Assembly (NCBI GenBank): GCA_002269645.1
Contig: NIVC01000827.1
Span: 124,001 to 188,000 of the forward strand
DNA length: 64,000 nt
Reading direction: 5' to 3'
DNA from: Macrostomum lignano
Lineage: Eukaryota
How positions within the stretch are numbered: the stretch's first letter is position 1; each line of letters starts with the position of its first letter. The position numbers and the translations under genes are program-made. The notes below the pieces were generated by a model. It had not been told where the DNA came from. It was given only the letters and a program-made list of their open reading frames with translations, and searched no databases. This document shows positions 11,877-47,819 of the stretch, one piece after another.

Positions 11877-12602
11877 AATGTGAGAAATGACCTTATTTGA
11901 CCTTCATCAACTTTCCTTCATAACACAATAAAAATTTATTAGCATACCAGCTTGCCACTACTAGCAGTCCCCAATAAGTAGTGTGATTAGGGTCAGAGCG
12001 GATAAACAAGTCAAACTATTTAGAAATTATCAAGGCAAAAAATGAATTCGACCAGACATCTCGAGCTACTTACTTATGGAGCATCAGTAGTATATAGCAT
12101 AAAATAGCATTGGAATGTGTCAACAACTGAGGCAGCAAATATACACGCTTAAAACAATTTGTTGTACTAAAAAATGAACGGAATTAATAACAAAACAAAT
12201 TTTTGCACACTTGGAAAGTAGTTTTTGAACAGAAACAAAAAAGTGACACAGCCTTTGGCGATTACACTAATGAGTAAATTAATTAATCGATAATAAGTGT
12301 AGATAATTGGCCTAATAATACAAAAGTGCTCCTGGTGAAAACGATAGTAAAAATAATGGAAAAAAATTAGAAACTGTCTTACTTAATACCCGACAAAATC
12401 AAAGCATTCAAGGGCATAAATAACATTAAATGGAATAATTTACCGAACTGTAAATAAAATCACTCGCTAAAAATGATTCAGGCTCCCGTTGGCCCCGCCT
12501 GGTGCCAAGTGGTGTCCTGGGCTTGGCAAAGTGACTGACAGGTTAAAACATCTTCATTGAGCAGCGACACTGTTCGACCTTTTGAAGCCTCAAAAACCGG
12601 TC

Positions 12603-35396
<22,794 letters not shown>

Positions 35397-36009
35397 GCCG
35401 AGCTTCAAGCTGGAGAATTCACTCAGTTTGAATTGGCGCGCTTTTTCTTATTATTATTTTGTTATAGTTGGGGTGACCGTCGCCTGTCGGCAAGTGCGAG
35501 AGCTGAAGTTATTGACAGCTGCGGTAGGTGAACAGGGACACAATGCTGGCATCGTATTAGCAAAACGAAAAATTCAAACAAAACTTAAATAAAAAACATA
35601 ATAAACTACAGAATTTAATTTATTTACAGTCTCATTAAACAGGAAATCTGCAGCATCATAGGAAGGCAGTTTATTGGCAATCATTTTTGCAGGTAAATAA
35701 CTGCGAAAAAAAATGGGAGCAGTCGGATTGAGCAATGATTTTATTTGGCTTGGAAAATACACTAATGCTTGGAGATAGAAATATTGAGTGACATTCATGT
35801 GAATCTGATAAATTTATTAATAATTGCACTGCAGCTTGGAAGCTTCAACTAATCAATCGACAAAATTAAAGGCACTGAAATTTTAAAAAACTATGAAATC
35901 AATGAAATTTAAAACTAAGATTGAGTTTTTAAAAAAGTATGTTTCGAAAATTTTGAATACATGCTAATTATTCTGTCTATGAGCATTACGGCCCGTGAAT
36001 ATTCGGGTT

Positions 36010-36766
36010 GGTTGATGAAGATTCGGGCTGGTGAAGATTAACTGGTGAAGATTCAGGTTGGTAAAGATTCGGGCTGGTGAAGATTCGGGCTGGTAAAGAT
36101 TCGGGTTGGTGAAGATTCGGGCTGGTGAAGATTCGGGCTGGTGAATATTCAGGCTGGTGAAGATTCGGGCTGGTGAAGATTCGGGCTGGTGAAGATTCGG
36201 GCTGGTGAAGATTCGGGCTGGTGAAGATTCGGGTTGGTGAAGATTCGGGTTGGTGAATATTCAGGCTGGTGAAGATTCGGGCTGGTGAAGATTCAGGCTG
36301 GTGAAGATTCGGGCTGGTGAAGATTCAGGCTGGTGAAGATTCGGGCTGGTGAAGATTCGGGTTGGTGAAGATTCGGGCTGGTGAAGATTCGGGCTGGTGA
36401 AGATTCGGGCTGGTGAAGATTCAGGCTGGTGAAGATTCGGGCTGGTGAAGATTCGGGTTGGTGAAGATTCGGGCTGGTGAAGATTCGGGCTGGTGAAGAT
36501 TCGGGTTGGTGAAGATTCGGGCTGGTGAAGATTCGGGCTGGTGAAGATTCGGGCTGGTGAAGATTCGGGCTGGTGAAGATTCGGGCTGGTGAAGATTCAG
36601 GCTGGTGAAGATTCGGGCTGGTGAAGATTCGGGTTGGTGAAGATTCGGGCTGGTGAAGATTCGGGCTGGTGAAGATTCGGGTTGGTGAAGATTCGGGCTG
36701 GTGAAGATTCGGGCTGGTGAAGATTCGGGCTGGTGAAGATTCGGGCTGGTGAAGATTCGGGCTGGT
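36010..36766. repeat. 16-bp satellite (GGGCTGGTGAAGATTC), about 47 copies
   Basis: Direct reading. Confidence 0.97.
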
Positions 36767-36960
36767 AAACATTGATTCACTCTAGTCGCGACAGAAAGCG
36801 CACTACAAAACCGGGTAAATAAACTACCGCCTTTGCAAACACAAGTGGAAACTTACAAAATACTTTTAGTGAATCGCTGAAAAAATCAGACTAAATTAAT
36901 GAGGCTACAAGTACAAACGATGATGTTAATATCGATGGAGCTCTCAGCACCGCCAGAGGT

Positions 36961-39702
36961 TCATCCCAATGTGTAGCAAATTCTGTTGAGCTTCTCAATG
37001 AGCTGAGAAGTCCTTAGCATGGCCATAGACAGGCACTGGAGAACTTTGCCCAGCCAGGGGACCACAGCCTGGATGTTCAGCCTGTAGGCAATTTCGTGCG
37101 CATGAGGATGAGGCGCTGCCAGCTGGTTGTGGTGCAAGAAGTACACCGCCAGGATCAGCTTCTGCCCGCTGACGTACAGCGACAGGCAGATGTCGTTGGG
37201 CAACTGAGGCTGGAACAGCTCCTGGGGTGCCGGGTGTGATGAAGGATGCTAAGCATAGTTGAGCTGTAGGTACTTTTATAGAGGCACTCTGATTCTGAAC
37301 TCTTGTGAATTTCGATTCTAAGCACTCTGATTCTAAGCCCTCTAACTCTAACCACTCTGATTCTAAGAACTCTGATTCTAAGCCCTCTAACTCTAAGCAC
37401 TCTGTTTCTAAGCACTCTGATTCTAAGCACTCTGATTCTAAGCACTCTGATTCTAAGAACTCTGATTCTAAGCCTTCTAACTCTAAGCACTCTGATTCTA
37501 AGCACTCTGATTCTAAGAACTCTGATTCTAAGCACTCTGATTCTAAGCACTCTGATTCTAAGAACTCTGATTCTAAGCCTTCTAACTCTAAGCACTCTGA
37601 TTCTAAGCACTCTGATTCTAAGAACTCTGATTCTAAGCCTTCTAACTCTAAGCACTCTAACTCTAAGCACTCTGATTCTAAGCACTCTGATTCTAAGCCC
37701 TCTAACTCTAAGCACTCTGATTCTAAGAACTCTGATTCTAAGCCCTCTAACTCTAAGCACTCTGTTTCTAAGCACTCTGATTCTAAGCACTCTGATTCTA
37801 AGCACTCTGATTCTAAGAACTCTGATTCTAAGCCTTCTAACTCTAAGCACTCTGATTCTAAGCACTCTGATTCTAACCACTCTGACTCTAAGCCCTCTAA
37901 CTCTAAGCACTCTGATTCTAAGCACTCTGATTCCAAGCACTCTGGCATTCTAAACAATCGGATCCAGCATATAAAACATACTGGATTTCTAAGCTAACTG
38001 AGTTCATTCTAAACACTCTGATTTACAGAACTCAGAGTTGTAAAATTCGAACAAACAGACACACTCACGCACACATCACACTCACCCTTGTAGTGCTGCG
38101 GACCAGATCCTCAACTGTGCGTTTCTGCGGCAGCACAATATGATCCCTGGCCTGCTTGAGCAGCTCAAATATTCGACCCAGTGACTGCGGCAAAAAAGTG
38201 AAAATATGATGCTTAAAACCATGAACTGACGCCAAAACTGGAACAGAGGCAGAGCAGAACTCACCGCGATAGTAGGCCTCGGCTCGGAACTTGCAAAGCC
38301 AAACTCAATGGCATCTTGAACTGACAGGCGAACCGCTTGCAGAGCGTTGCAGCAGTTTACCAGCTAAAATAATTGGTTGGGGTTTAAACAATGGCTGATC
38401 ATGTTAACTAACAGGGAGAAGCAATGCCACTGGTGCTTGCGTAACGTGCATTAGAAAACCATGAATCATGCATTTAAGAGTTGTTGATCTAACCAACCAG
38501 TTTGATGAAATCTTTGCTGAGAGCCTTGTATAGTAATAATAACTCATTACACCTGCCCTAATGGCCAGATGTGCAACCGACAGCTCAGCCGCAGGCGCAG
38601 CTATTGCGTGGCGCATCTGAAGGCTGTACGACTTTTCAGTCCAAGGACTGGGGGGGGGGGTCGCCACACGCATTCTCAATTACCCCAGCTAATGCTGGCA
38701 CCCATTTTACAGCTGGCTGAATTGAAGCAATGCAGATCTCAGTGTCTTCCTCAAGGACACAGATTGTTCCAGCGGGATCGGGAATCGAACCTACGACCTT
38801 CAAGTCGTGAGTCCGACGCTCTTAACCACTAGGCTACAACCCCCACTAGGCTACAACCCCCACTAGGCTACAATCCCCACTAGGCTACAACCCCCCCACT
38901 AGGCTACAAGCCCCACTAGGCTACAACCCCACTAGGCTGCAACCCCCTGGATAGTAATATGAACGATCAATCTATTCAGAGAAGTGCTGTGGGGCTATTA
39001 AGGTGAGTCAATTCCGCCCATTCCAGCAGGCTCCTGAGCACGTACAAGCGTGGCAATACTGTACACATGCACAGCACTCATGCCTGCACAGGGTTCTAAT
39101 CGTCAGAGATGTACAGTTACACTCCAGCCAGGCTGCACACCAAATCAAACTAGGGGTTCGTGGCGCGAGAGTCGGAAGCAGTTAGCGCCAAACTGCTCTG
39201 CTTTTTTAAAAAATAAGAATATCATGCAAACGGCTTTTATTTAGCATAAGGATTACCTGCTGCATTCTGTAGCTACAGCCATCAGCAATGACTGTCCTGT
39301 AGGTCTGCTTGTTGGGGCACTCAACACTGATGTCCTATAGGTTGAAAGGACAAAACTGCATTATTAATGCATTATCCTGATGCTCAAATTCCAATGACCA
39401 ATAACACTTACAGCTTCAGTGATTTCATCTGAGTTCATGGTCACCATTGCTTTGAGTCCATTGAGCTTTAAGCTAAAGTTTGAATTGCACAAATAGGCAT
39501 TGTTGAAAATGTGAAATCATTGGTTCTTATTCAGGCTTTTTTAAATAGCTAAAAGTAAGACTTACTCATTGCCACCAAGTATAAATTTTCCTGTTGCACT
39601 TGTTATAATTGAGTTGCATTCATCCACTAAGGTGGTAATTTCATGCAAAGTTGGGGCAAATTCTGTGTCAAGAACCCATTGCAACTCACTCATACTGAGA
39701 AT
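36961..39702 (-). CDS. ROGDI: Protein rogdi homolog; exons 39702-39566, 39472-39412, 39334-39257, 38363-38265, 38184-38086, 37221-36961 (5' end unresolved: ATG at 39693, or an upstream exon near 41252)
   Basis: The spliced peptide (ELQWVLDTE..FILGGND LKLNGLKAMVTMNSDEITEA DISVECP..YRMQQ ..ARDHIVLPQKRTVEDL ..LFQPQLPNDICLSLYVSGQKLILAVYFLH ..AVVPWLGKVL) is collinear with human ROGDI as I recall it ([47 protein letters not shown], VIPWL). All junctions are GT-AG and in phase. Confidence 0.88.
37285..37945. repeat. 15-bp satellite (CTCTGATTCTAAGCA and variants) filling the last ROGDI intron
   Basis: Direct reading; variant units recur in higher-order blocks. Confidence 0.96.
38563..38843 (-). mobile_element. 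tRNA-derived SINE with a CORE-like central segment (most complete copy)
   Basis: On the - strand: A box TAGCCTAGTGG, B box GGTTCGATTCC, then GTCCTTGAGGAAGACACT...CAGCTGTAAAATGGGTGCCAGC, shared with copies at 46971 and 54093. Confidence 0.8.
38844..38945. repeat. Tandem copies (about 6) of the SINE 5' head (ACTAGGCTACAACCCC)
   Basis: The unit equals the reverse complement of the first 16 nt of the adjacent SINE. Confidence 0.85.
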
Positions 39703-41249
39703 CTGAAAAAATGTAGAAATACTTAAGTTAAGAAAATTACACTAGAAAAATACTAACCATTAAGTGTTCTAAGTTTAACAATCAAACAAAAAATATTTGT
39801 CAACTAACTTGTTGCTAGAATAGTTAAGCTTATCATATACAAAACAATAAAACAAAAATTAGCTTACCAAAAGATCAACAGTTAAAGATATTAATAGACT
39901 TCTATATGTGTAAAAAAGTATATTTTTGGTATTTATTTTATTAACTAATATAAAAAATATAAGTATAAGGTAAAATTTTTATAATTTAATTCAATCTAGA
40001 TAAAATTTAGTAATTATTTATTACTAATATTATGTTACTAAAAATTATAAGGCTTAAGAAACATTTTATATCGTTAAAGTTAAATTAATGTATTATTTAA
40101 TATAAGAAAATTCATAAAAGTTTTTTTTGATACTGCCAAACCTAAAACTGAAAGATTTTATTACTGAATATTTATACAGATATTATTTTAAATATTTATA
40201 GGATTTAACATGGGAGATTATAAAGTGGCAAAAAAATATATACTCAATAATAATACTAATAGCAAACTATTATTAATAAACATCTACTCCTAGACCTAGC
40301 TAGACAAGCTAATAAAGATAACTTTTTATGCCTAATACTTATCTAGTACTTATCTAGTTATACAATTTATTTTAAGAACTTTTAAAGCCAATGTTTGACA
40401 ATATAATAAACAAAAAATAATTTTGCACTAGTTTTATGATTTTTGACATGAAAATCTCTATTAATATATTAATTAGAAAGTAATCTAATTATAATCTAAT
40501 AATTTATATTATCTAATGATAAATAAGCTCTAATATTCAAATAATCAAATAAATTATTATAACTTTATAAATATACAACTACTAGCCAACCTAGCTTATC
40601 TAACCAATATAAATTAAAAAACCAAGAATAAGTTGTGAAACAGATGACCAAAAAAGTAAAAAGACAAGAAAGAAAAGAAATGCAAAGGAAAAAGAAAAAT
40701 TAGCAATAGGAAATCAAAAAAGCAAAATATAACAAGAACTTAAAAAGCAAAAAGATAAAAAATAAAGGAATCTGTAAAAGAAAAGGATCAGACTAAGTCA
40801 CATTTTCAATAAAAATAACAAAGTCGCATGCCAGTTTAATTTACAGATTGCGCACACAACATGTACTTCTTTGCAGTGGTCCATTTATATTTGATGAATC
40901 TGAATGCAATGCATTATTATTATTTTTAAAAAGCAAAAAATTAGGTAAACGGTGGAAATAGATTGAAGAATACAGCACAGTGGGACCACTATAGCATATC
41001 ACACTGTCTGTAACAACAATGGCAACAAAAGGCTTTTCTGGTTTCATTTTCACTGAAAAATGAAGTAAAATCTTTTATTCTAATATTCTTATAGGCCCAA
41101 GTAGAAATATCTACAGTCTCTACAGTTTCTTTTATAAATGAGTATGAAAGAATTCATTCCAAAAATCAAGATAAATTTATGAGATAATTGTGCTTTCACT
41201 CTTAGTCTTAGGCCTAGCCTAGTCATACTACGAGCGCTCGTATTTCAAG

Positions 41250-41300
41250 CATCGTGGGGCGGACGGAAGTCCAACACAGGGCGTTTTCGTGGATTTACCA
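41250..41300. promoter_or_regulatory. Possible promoter between divergently oriented ROGDI and mucin genes
   Basis: Small GC-rich patch with a GC box (GGGGCGG) and an ETS-like CGGAAGT inside a very AT-rich block. Motif match only. Confidence 0.3.
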
Positions 41301-41595
41301 CAATTTAAATTTAAGTCAAAAAGACAGAGAAAAACAACACGAACAAACTCTCAGTCAGTTTTACAGCATAACGAATCAATACACGTTGTATATTTTTACT
41401 ATCTAAACTACGTGGGTTAGTGATAATAAAAACCTAATTTTTGTTTATTATAGATCCTACGATAATTAGCATAACGCACTATTTAAAATTTTCATGAATT
41501 TGTCAAAGTATCCGTTCATTCGATATATTAAAGGCATTGAATAGATTGACTAGTTCCATCAATTATGCAAGTGTGAACTGTTAGATAGTACAACT

Positions 41596-44570
41596 ATGGT
41601 GCGTTTTCTGCTTCTATTTTGTACTTTTACGGCGCAAATATTTGTTTCGGCTTCTCGGTAAGCATAAGCATACCTAATCCATGTTTTTAACTGTATCAAA
41701 TCTCAGCCAGAGATAAATGTAAATTTTTATCAAAATACGCAGATTCACTTCAATGCAACTCGTTCGAGCTCAATATGTACCATTGTAACGTAAATTACGT
41801 TTTAAACCTATAGGCTAAAAGTTTAACTGTATAAATGTCTAATTTTTTACAGTCGCATATCATGCATGAAAAAGCACTTTAAGTACAGCTTGTAAATTTT
41901 ATCATCATAACACCAGGCTTTCAAAACAATTTACCTAATTATTACATTTAATTAAGCTGCACGTTAATGAACTATGTCCATCTGAATTATAAATTATAAA
42001 TTTAATAATTCTTTTGTGCTTTGGAATTGTTTGCGTAGCTTTTGGAAAAAAATAAATAACTGATCATATATGTACATTTCTAAGAACTTTAAAAGCGGTT
42101 GGAAACACTCATCATAGCAGTTTGTAAAAATGCATGCTATTACTTTATAGTCGAGCTTCTTTTCTTAGTCAGTAATAATTGCAAACTATTTCTAATAATA
42201 AGTACTGGTTGATTGGTCTTACACCAGCGTACTTTCGATCAGCCGCGCATTCTCTTCCAAAAATATTTCAGATTTGAAACTAATCTGTTAGCCGAAGCTA
42301 CAACAACAGCAAACGCACCACCATTTGAGACTATCTACTCACCAAAATCCGCAACACCAGCAACCTCAACACTTAAAAATACAACACCAACAATCAAAAC
42401 TACAACCACAAAACCTACAACATCAACATCGACAACAAAAGCTACAACAACCCTAACAACAACTACAAACACGCTAACAACCACAGCAGTACCAACAGCC
42501 AAAACCACAACCACATTAACAACCAAAACACCAAAAACTAAAACACCAGCAATCAGAACCACCCCGCCAACAACCACAACACCAACAACCACAACACCAA
42601 CAACCACAACACCAACAACCACAACACCAACAACCACAACACCAACAACCACAACACCAACAACCACAACACCAACAACCACAACACCAACAACCAAAAC
42701 ACCAACAACCACAACACCAACAACTAAAACACCAGCAATCACAACCACAACCATACCAACAAACACAACACCAACAACCACAACTCCAACAACCACAACA
42801 CCAACAACCACAAAACCAACAACCACAACACCAACAACCACAACACCAACAACCAAAACACCACCAACCACAACACCAACAACCACAACACCAGCAATCA
42901 CAACCACAACCATACCAACAAACACAACAGCAACAACCACAACTCCAACAACCACAACAATAACGACTAAAACACCAGCAATCACAACCACAATCACACC
43001 AAGAAGCACAACACCAACAAGCACAACTCCAACATCAACCTCAACAACAACCACAGCCGCAATCACACCAAAAACCACAACACCAATAACTACAACACCA
43101 ATAACCACAACGCCAACAACTAAAATACCAACAATCACAACCACCACCACCCCAAAAACTACAACCACAATACGAACAACAAAAACAACACCAACAAAAA
43201 ACATAACACCAACAACTACAACATCAAGAATCAAAACACTAACAAACACAACCACAACCACCCCAACAACCACAATAACAACAAAAACCAGAATACCAGC
43301 AACCACAACACCAAACACCACAAAACGAACAAGCAGGGCTCTAAAAGCCACAGCAACACCAACACAAACACCAACAACCACCACAACACCAACAACCACA
43401 ACACCAACAACTACAACTACAACACCAACACCAACAACTACAACATCAAGAATCAAAACACCAACAAACACAACCACAACCACCCCAACAACCACAATAA
43501 CAACAAAAACCAGAATACCAGCAACCACAACACCAAACACCACAAAACGAACAAGCAGGGCTCTAAAAGCCACAGCAACACCAACACAAACACCAACAAC
43601 AACCACAACACCAACAACCACAACACCAACAACTACAACTACAACACCAACACCAACAACTACAACATCAAGAATCAAAACACCAACAAACACAACCACA
43701 ACCACAACCACCCCAACAACCACAATAACAACAAAAACCAGAATACCAGCAACCACAACACCAAACACCACAAAACGAACAAGCAGGGCTCTAAAAACCA
43801 CAGCAACACCAACACAAACACCAACAACAACCACAACACCAACAACCACAACACCAACAACTACAACTACAACACCAACACCAACAACTACAACTACAAC
43901 ACCAACACCAGCAACTACAACATCCAGAATGAAAACACCAACAAACACAACCGCAACCAACCCAACAACCACAATAACAGCAAAAACCATAATACCAGCA
44001 ACCACAACACCAAACACCACAAAACGAACAAGCAGGGCTCTAAAAACCACAGCAACACCAACAACGATAACACCAACAACCACAACACCAACAAAAACAT
44101 CAACAACCACAACGCAAAGAGCCATAAAACCAGAAACTACAGCACGACCTACCAAAGCACAAGCGGCCATGACAACAAGCGGCATATCAGCCTCAATTCA
44201 ACCGATGATATCACAACAGTCAACAATGTCAACAGCAAAACCAACCAGAAGATCAGTTCAATCAGTCGCTACCGAGCGTCTTAAACAAGATTATTCTGCG
44301 GTAAGTTCCTCAGTTCCATTAAGCAGCGACAGTTTTGCATAGCAGCAAGTATTCATTACGGATGTAAGAGTAGCAAGCACTACACCGCACCGCATCCTGA
44401 CACGTATTTCCTCAGGTGCTGTTAGCCACTCAACTGACACTGTCGGCGCTCTCTCTGACAAAGTTAGCCATCCTGATCGTTGTGTTGGTGTGCATTGTGC
44501 GCGTACGGCGCAGACTGCAGAACAATGTCTACCGAATCCGAATGGAAAGCATCGCGAACAGAGCTAGCAG
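41596..44570 (+). CDS. Thr/Pro-rich type I transmembrane mucin-like protein; exons 41596-41657, 42272-44300, 44416-44570, last exon unresolved
   Basis: Signal peptide MVRFLLLFCTFTAQIFVSAS ends CG|gtaagc (phase 2), matching ttcag|A at 42272. A 2-kb Thr-rich exon ends GCG|gtaagt. The TM exon reads VLLATQLTLSALSLTKLAILIVVLVCIV-RVRRR and ends AG|gtaagg. Confidence 0.75.
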
Positions 44571-44655
44571 GTAAGGCTGGATATTTACCTGATTTACTAC
44601 TGAATCGTGAAGCTGAGGCTGTTGAACGTCCGTTATCAAACGTAGATCCTTATTA

Positions 44656-44890
44656 GCTTTGGACCGTGTCGAGCAGAAGGCTGCCAGGATCACTGGTGAC
44701 TCCATACAGGCTCCATACAGCCTTAACAGTCGCAGAACTGTTGCTGTACTGGCTTTTGTCCACAGCTTTCTGCGAGGTCAAGGCCAGCGAACTTCAGCAG
44801 CTCCTCCCTCCTTTTGCTCCACAGTCGCACCATCAGGTCTCCGCTCTAATAGCAAACATCACAGCTTCTCCTTAACAGTAGAAAGACCAC
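44656..44890 (+). mobile_element. 3' fragment of a non-LTR (LINE) retrotransposon ORF2
   Basis: LDRVEQKAARITG..SLNSRRTVAVL..H resembles the post-RT region (LDRVQRRA..SL.HRR.VA.L) of CR1/L2/Jockey-like LINEs. Short and judged by eye. Confidence 0.55.
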
Positions 44891-45039
44891 GCTATTTTTC
44901 CCCATGGGGAAAGACCACGGGGGTGTATTACAAATACACACGACCCATTTCACGATAGCTCGCAAACCGAACTACCGATTTTCGCAAAAGTCCACCATAT
45001 GGAAAATTTTCCGCCCTTTCCGACGAACTAACCTTCAAA

Positions 45040-46270
45040 GTCATCCGACGTCAGCATTGTCGAGATATTAAACAATTCTTGTCGAAGACACTGGTGGCAA
45101 GGAAAACCAACACTACACTGTATAGACCTTTATGATGAATCCATATTGGCTCAATAATTTGGGTCCATCTGTCGTAGAGGCCTTTGTTCTCAGCATCCCA
45201 GGCACCAGGGTCCCCTTCATCACTGTCTGGAGCATCGGCGGCGAGCATCGGGACCTTCAACAAAAGCACCCGATCGGTATCTCAGAGACCACCGCTGAGG
45301 CAGGCCAACACGAGTGCGCATCTCTGTTCCAAGAAACATGAATCCCATTTCCTGTACCAGTGTCATCTGAATGGATCAGCCAAGCGGTAAACAACTTGCT
45401 CACCACTCCACACCTTTGAGCCCTCGGCCGGCCGAGCATCGGATTCCTGTAATGCAAAAGTAGTGGACAGCAGTGTTCCTTTGCCAGTGCAGATTTCCGC
45501 ATTGAACTCATAGCGGATGTCCATGTCATCCTGAATCTCTGGATTTCCAGCCGATGTCAGCAGGAACAGCTTGGCACCTTTGCGACCGGGCTTCTCCTTA
45601 GAAAGACCGTGAAGTCACAGTTCACACCCCAGTAGACAACCAGAGTTTCGTCGACGCAGAGGTACGGCCCGGAAAGAACAGGATGGCGCAGCTGACCTAC
45701 AGGCGTCGGATGCCGTAGAGCTTGTCCGTTGCGGCCCTCCGCTGACGATATTCGGCAGTTTCGAATTTAACATGGTGCAAAAGCACTGTATAATACGCAG
45801 ACCTGCCTGGTTTGGTGCCTTGATAGAAGAAGCACGATGTTGGCGGTGTCAGCTTATCGGGGCCGCGTGGTGGCACTCCGTTGAAGGTCTCGAAGGTCGC
45901 CTGTAATGTCTACAGGTCAGCCTAGAGGGTCGCCATCGTCCATTTCATTCACCGATTATGTCTAATGTTTGAATGCTGCATGCAGAAGAGGATTCTTCCA
46001 CTTCAGTTTTGGGAACGCAGCCGTCTCTGAGATGCCGATCGGGTGCTTTTGTTGAAGGTCCCGACGGTCGCCGCCGATGCTCCAGACGGTGATGAAGGGG
46101 ACCCTGTTGCCTGGGATGCTGAGAGCAAAAGTCCCTGCGACTGATATGCATAGATTGTTGAGCCGACGTGGTTTCATGATGAGATTTTGTGAGCAGAAAA
46201 TTTTTGCCAATGTTGGTTTTTGCCACCAGACACCCCGAGGAGAATCGTTGAATATCTCGACGATGCCGAT
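45040..46270 (-). mobile_element. Degraded, rearranged piggyBac-like transposase
   Basis: The - strand at 45800-45380 gives HVKFE..R..TDKLYGIRRL*, GPYLCVDETLV, KPGRKGAKLF and IRYEFNAEICTGK (PGBD motifs) with stops and frameshifts. Inverted duplicate segments flank it. Confidence 0.75.
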
Positions 46271-46970
46271 TTTTCGTGATTCTCGAAGTTGCTTCATCGA
46301 ATAGAGTGGAAAATTTTAGCCCGCGTTCTGGATTTTCATGGCAATTGGCTGAATATTTTTGGAGATCCAGACAAAGGAAAAATGTGTGCATTTGAAATGG
46401 TCTTTATACTGTTAAAGCTTCCTTTCTTTTCCACAAATTGTAGATTATGGAATGCTCAACCTGCAGCATTAGCTAATCCTGGCATCAAGTCATCCATTTT
46501 CAAGAGCCAGGTGTGTCTCAAAGACCACCTTGGTCAGCTTTTTAGGCAATTCTTTTTTCCTTTGTCTTGTTACGTTCTTCTTCCATCCTCTCCCTTTATC
46601 TTCTTTCACTTCCTTTCCCCTTTTCCTCTTCGTAGTCATGGGGCACCGTTGGTGCTATTCGTTCTGGACTGCTCTCATGGTGAGTTGAATTTACACGATT
46701 AATAATAATAACGCCCCTACTGACATTCAGGCCTCTACCGTCGATTGTGACTATGCCAGTCACCTCAGCTGATCAGCGCGAGCCGATGATGCAGCAGCAG
46801 AGCTGGCAGCCTGAGAACATTGACCTGGACTACGAGGACATTGTTTAGATGAAGCCTGACAAGCCATGAAGACAACACTGAGAACGACAGCAACAATAGT
46901 GACGCTATCGGAGAGGCTCAACATCAAGATCTGTCGACAATTCAACAGTGTAGCAATTAAAAGTTGTATA

Positions 46971-47160
46971 CTTGAGCAAGACACTTAACTCTGCATTGCT
47001 TCAGTTCACCCAGCTGTAAAATGGGTGCCAGCATTAGCTGGATAATTGAGGGTGTGTGTGGCGACCCCCAGTCCTTGAACTGAACAGCCGTACGCAGCCT
47101 TCAGATGCGCCGCGCAATAGCTGCGGCTGAGCTGTCGGTTGCACATCCGGCTTACGGGGG
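46971..47160 (+). mobile_element. 5'-truncated copy of the tRNA-derived SINE
   Basis: CTTGAGCAAGACACTTAACTCTGCATTGCTTCAGTTCACCCAGCTGTAAAATGGGTGCCAGC... matches the 38563-38843 copy. Confidence 0.8.
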
Positions 47161-47819
47161 AATTGCTGAGATGTCAAGGCTTGCTAGTTTAGTGGTAAAA
47201 ATTGAAATGTTTCTGTCTTCCTGTTCATGGATTTTATCACTGCGAGTACTGCTAAATTAATTGCAATTCACAGTTAAGCTTCTAAACTGTTGATATGTTC
47301 GAATGTTTCAATTATAAATAGTTTTTCGCCCCATGTAGTTGGTAGTTTTGGGTGAGAGATGATTCATCGATTAAACATGAAACGGTTGGAAGCATTCCAG
47401 CTGTGACAACTGTCTGACACTCTCAGTTTCAGTTTCAGTTTCTAAAAGTAGCTGGTTATCAACAAAAATCGCAAGTTACCCAGTAAAGCAGTTAAAATCT
47501 GGTAAAATGATTTTTTAGCGCATCTTGTAAAATTATTTGCATTTTCCGACCCGGGAGAGCATGGTCAAAATAGCATCAGATTTTGTTTTTAACGAAAGTT
47601 TTGGAACTTCATAAACTGATTAGAAAATCACACCTGATCCGAAATTCTATTTCGGACATGCAAGTGAAAATTAGTGATGTTTTTTTTAACTCCTCTCTGT
47701 CCCAAATGATTGGCTAATCAAGCTTATTTAAGTACAAGTTTCCACATTATATTAATCCGTACAGATCCAAGAGGTATTTTCTGCCTTGTTCCGCGTTTAA
47801 TGCTTGTTGAACCCTGTTA

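Noticed and set aside
36293-37997. Long repetitive ORFs (SSPARIFT.., LESEC.., SKHSD..)
   Set aside because: Read-through of the 16- and 15-bp satellites; only 37221-36961 is coding (ROGDI).
39760-40800. Nuclear mitochondrial insertion
   Set aside because: AT-rich, but I recognised no mitochondrial protein, tRNA or rRNA motif by eye; a BLASTN against the mitogenome would settle it.
42335-44185. 616-aa Val/Gly-rich ORF on the - strand
   Set aside because: Antisense shadow of the ACA/ACC/CCA-rich mucin exon, which has a signal peptide, splice sites and a TM exon.
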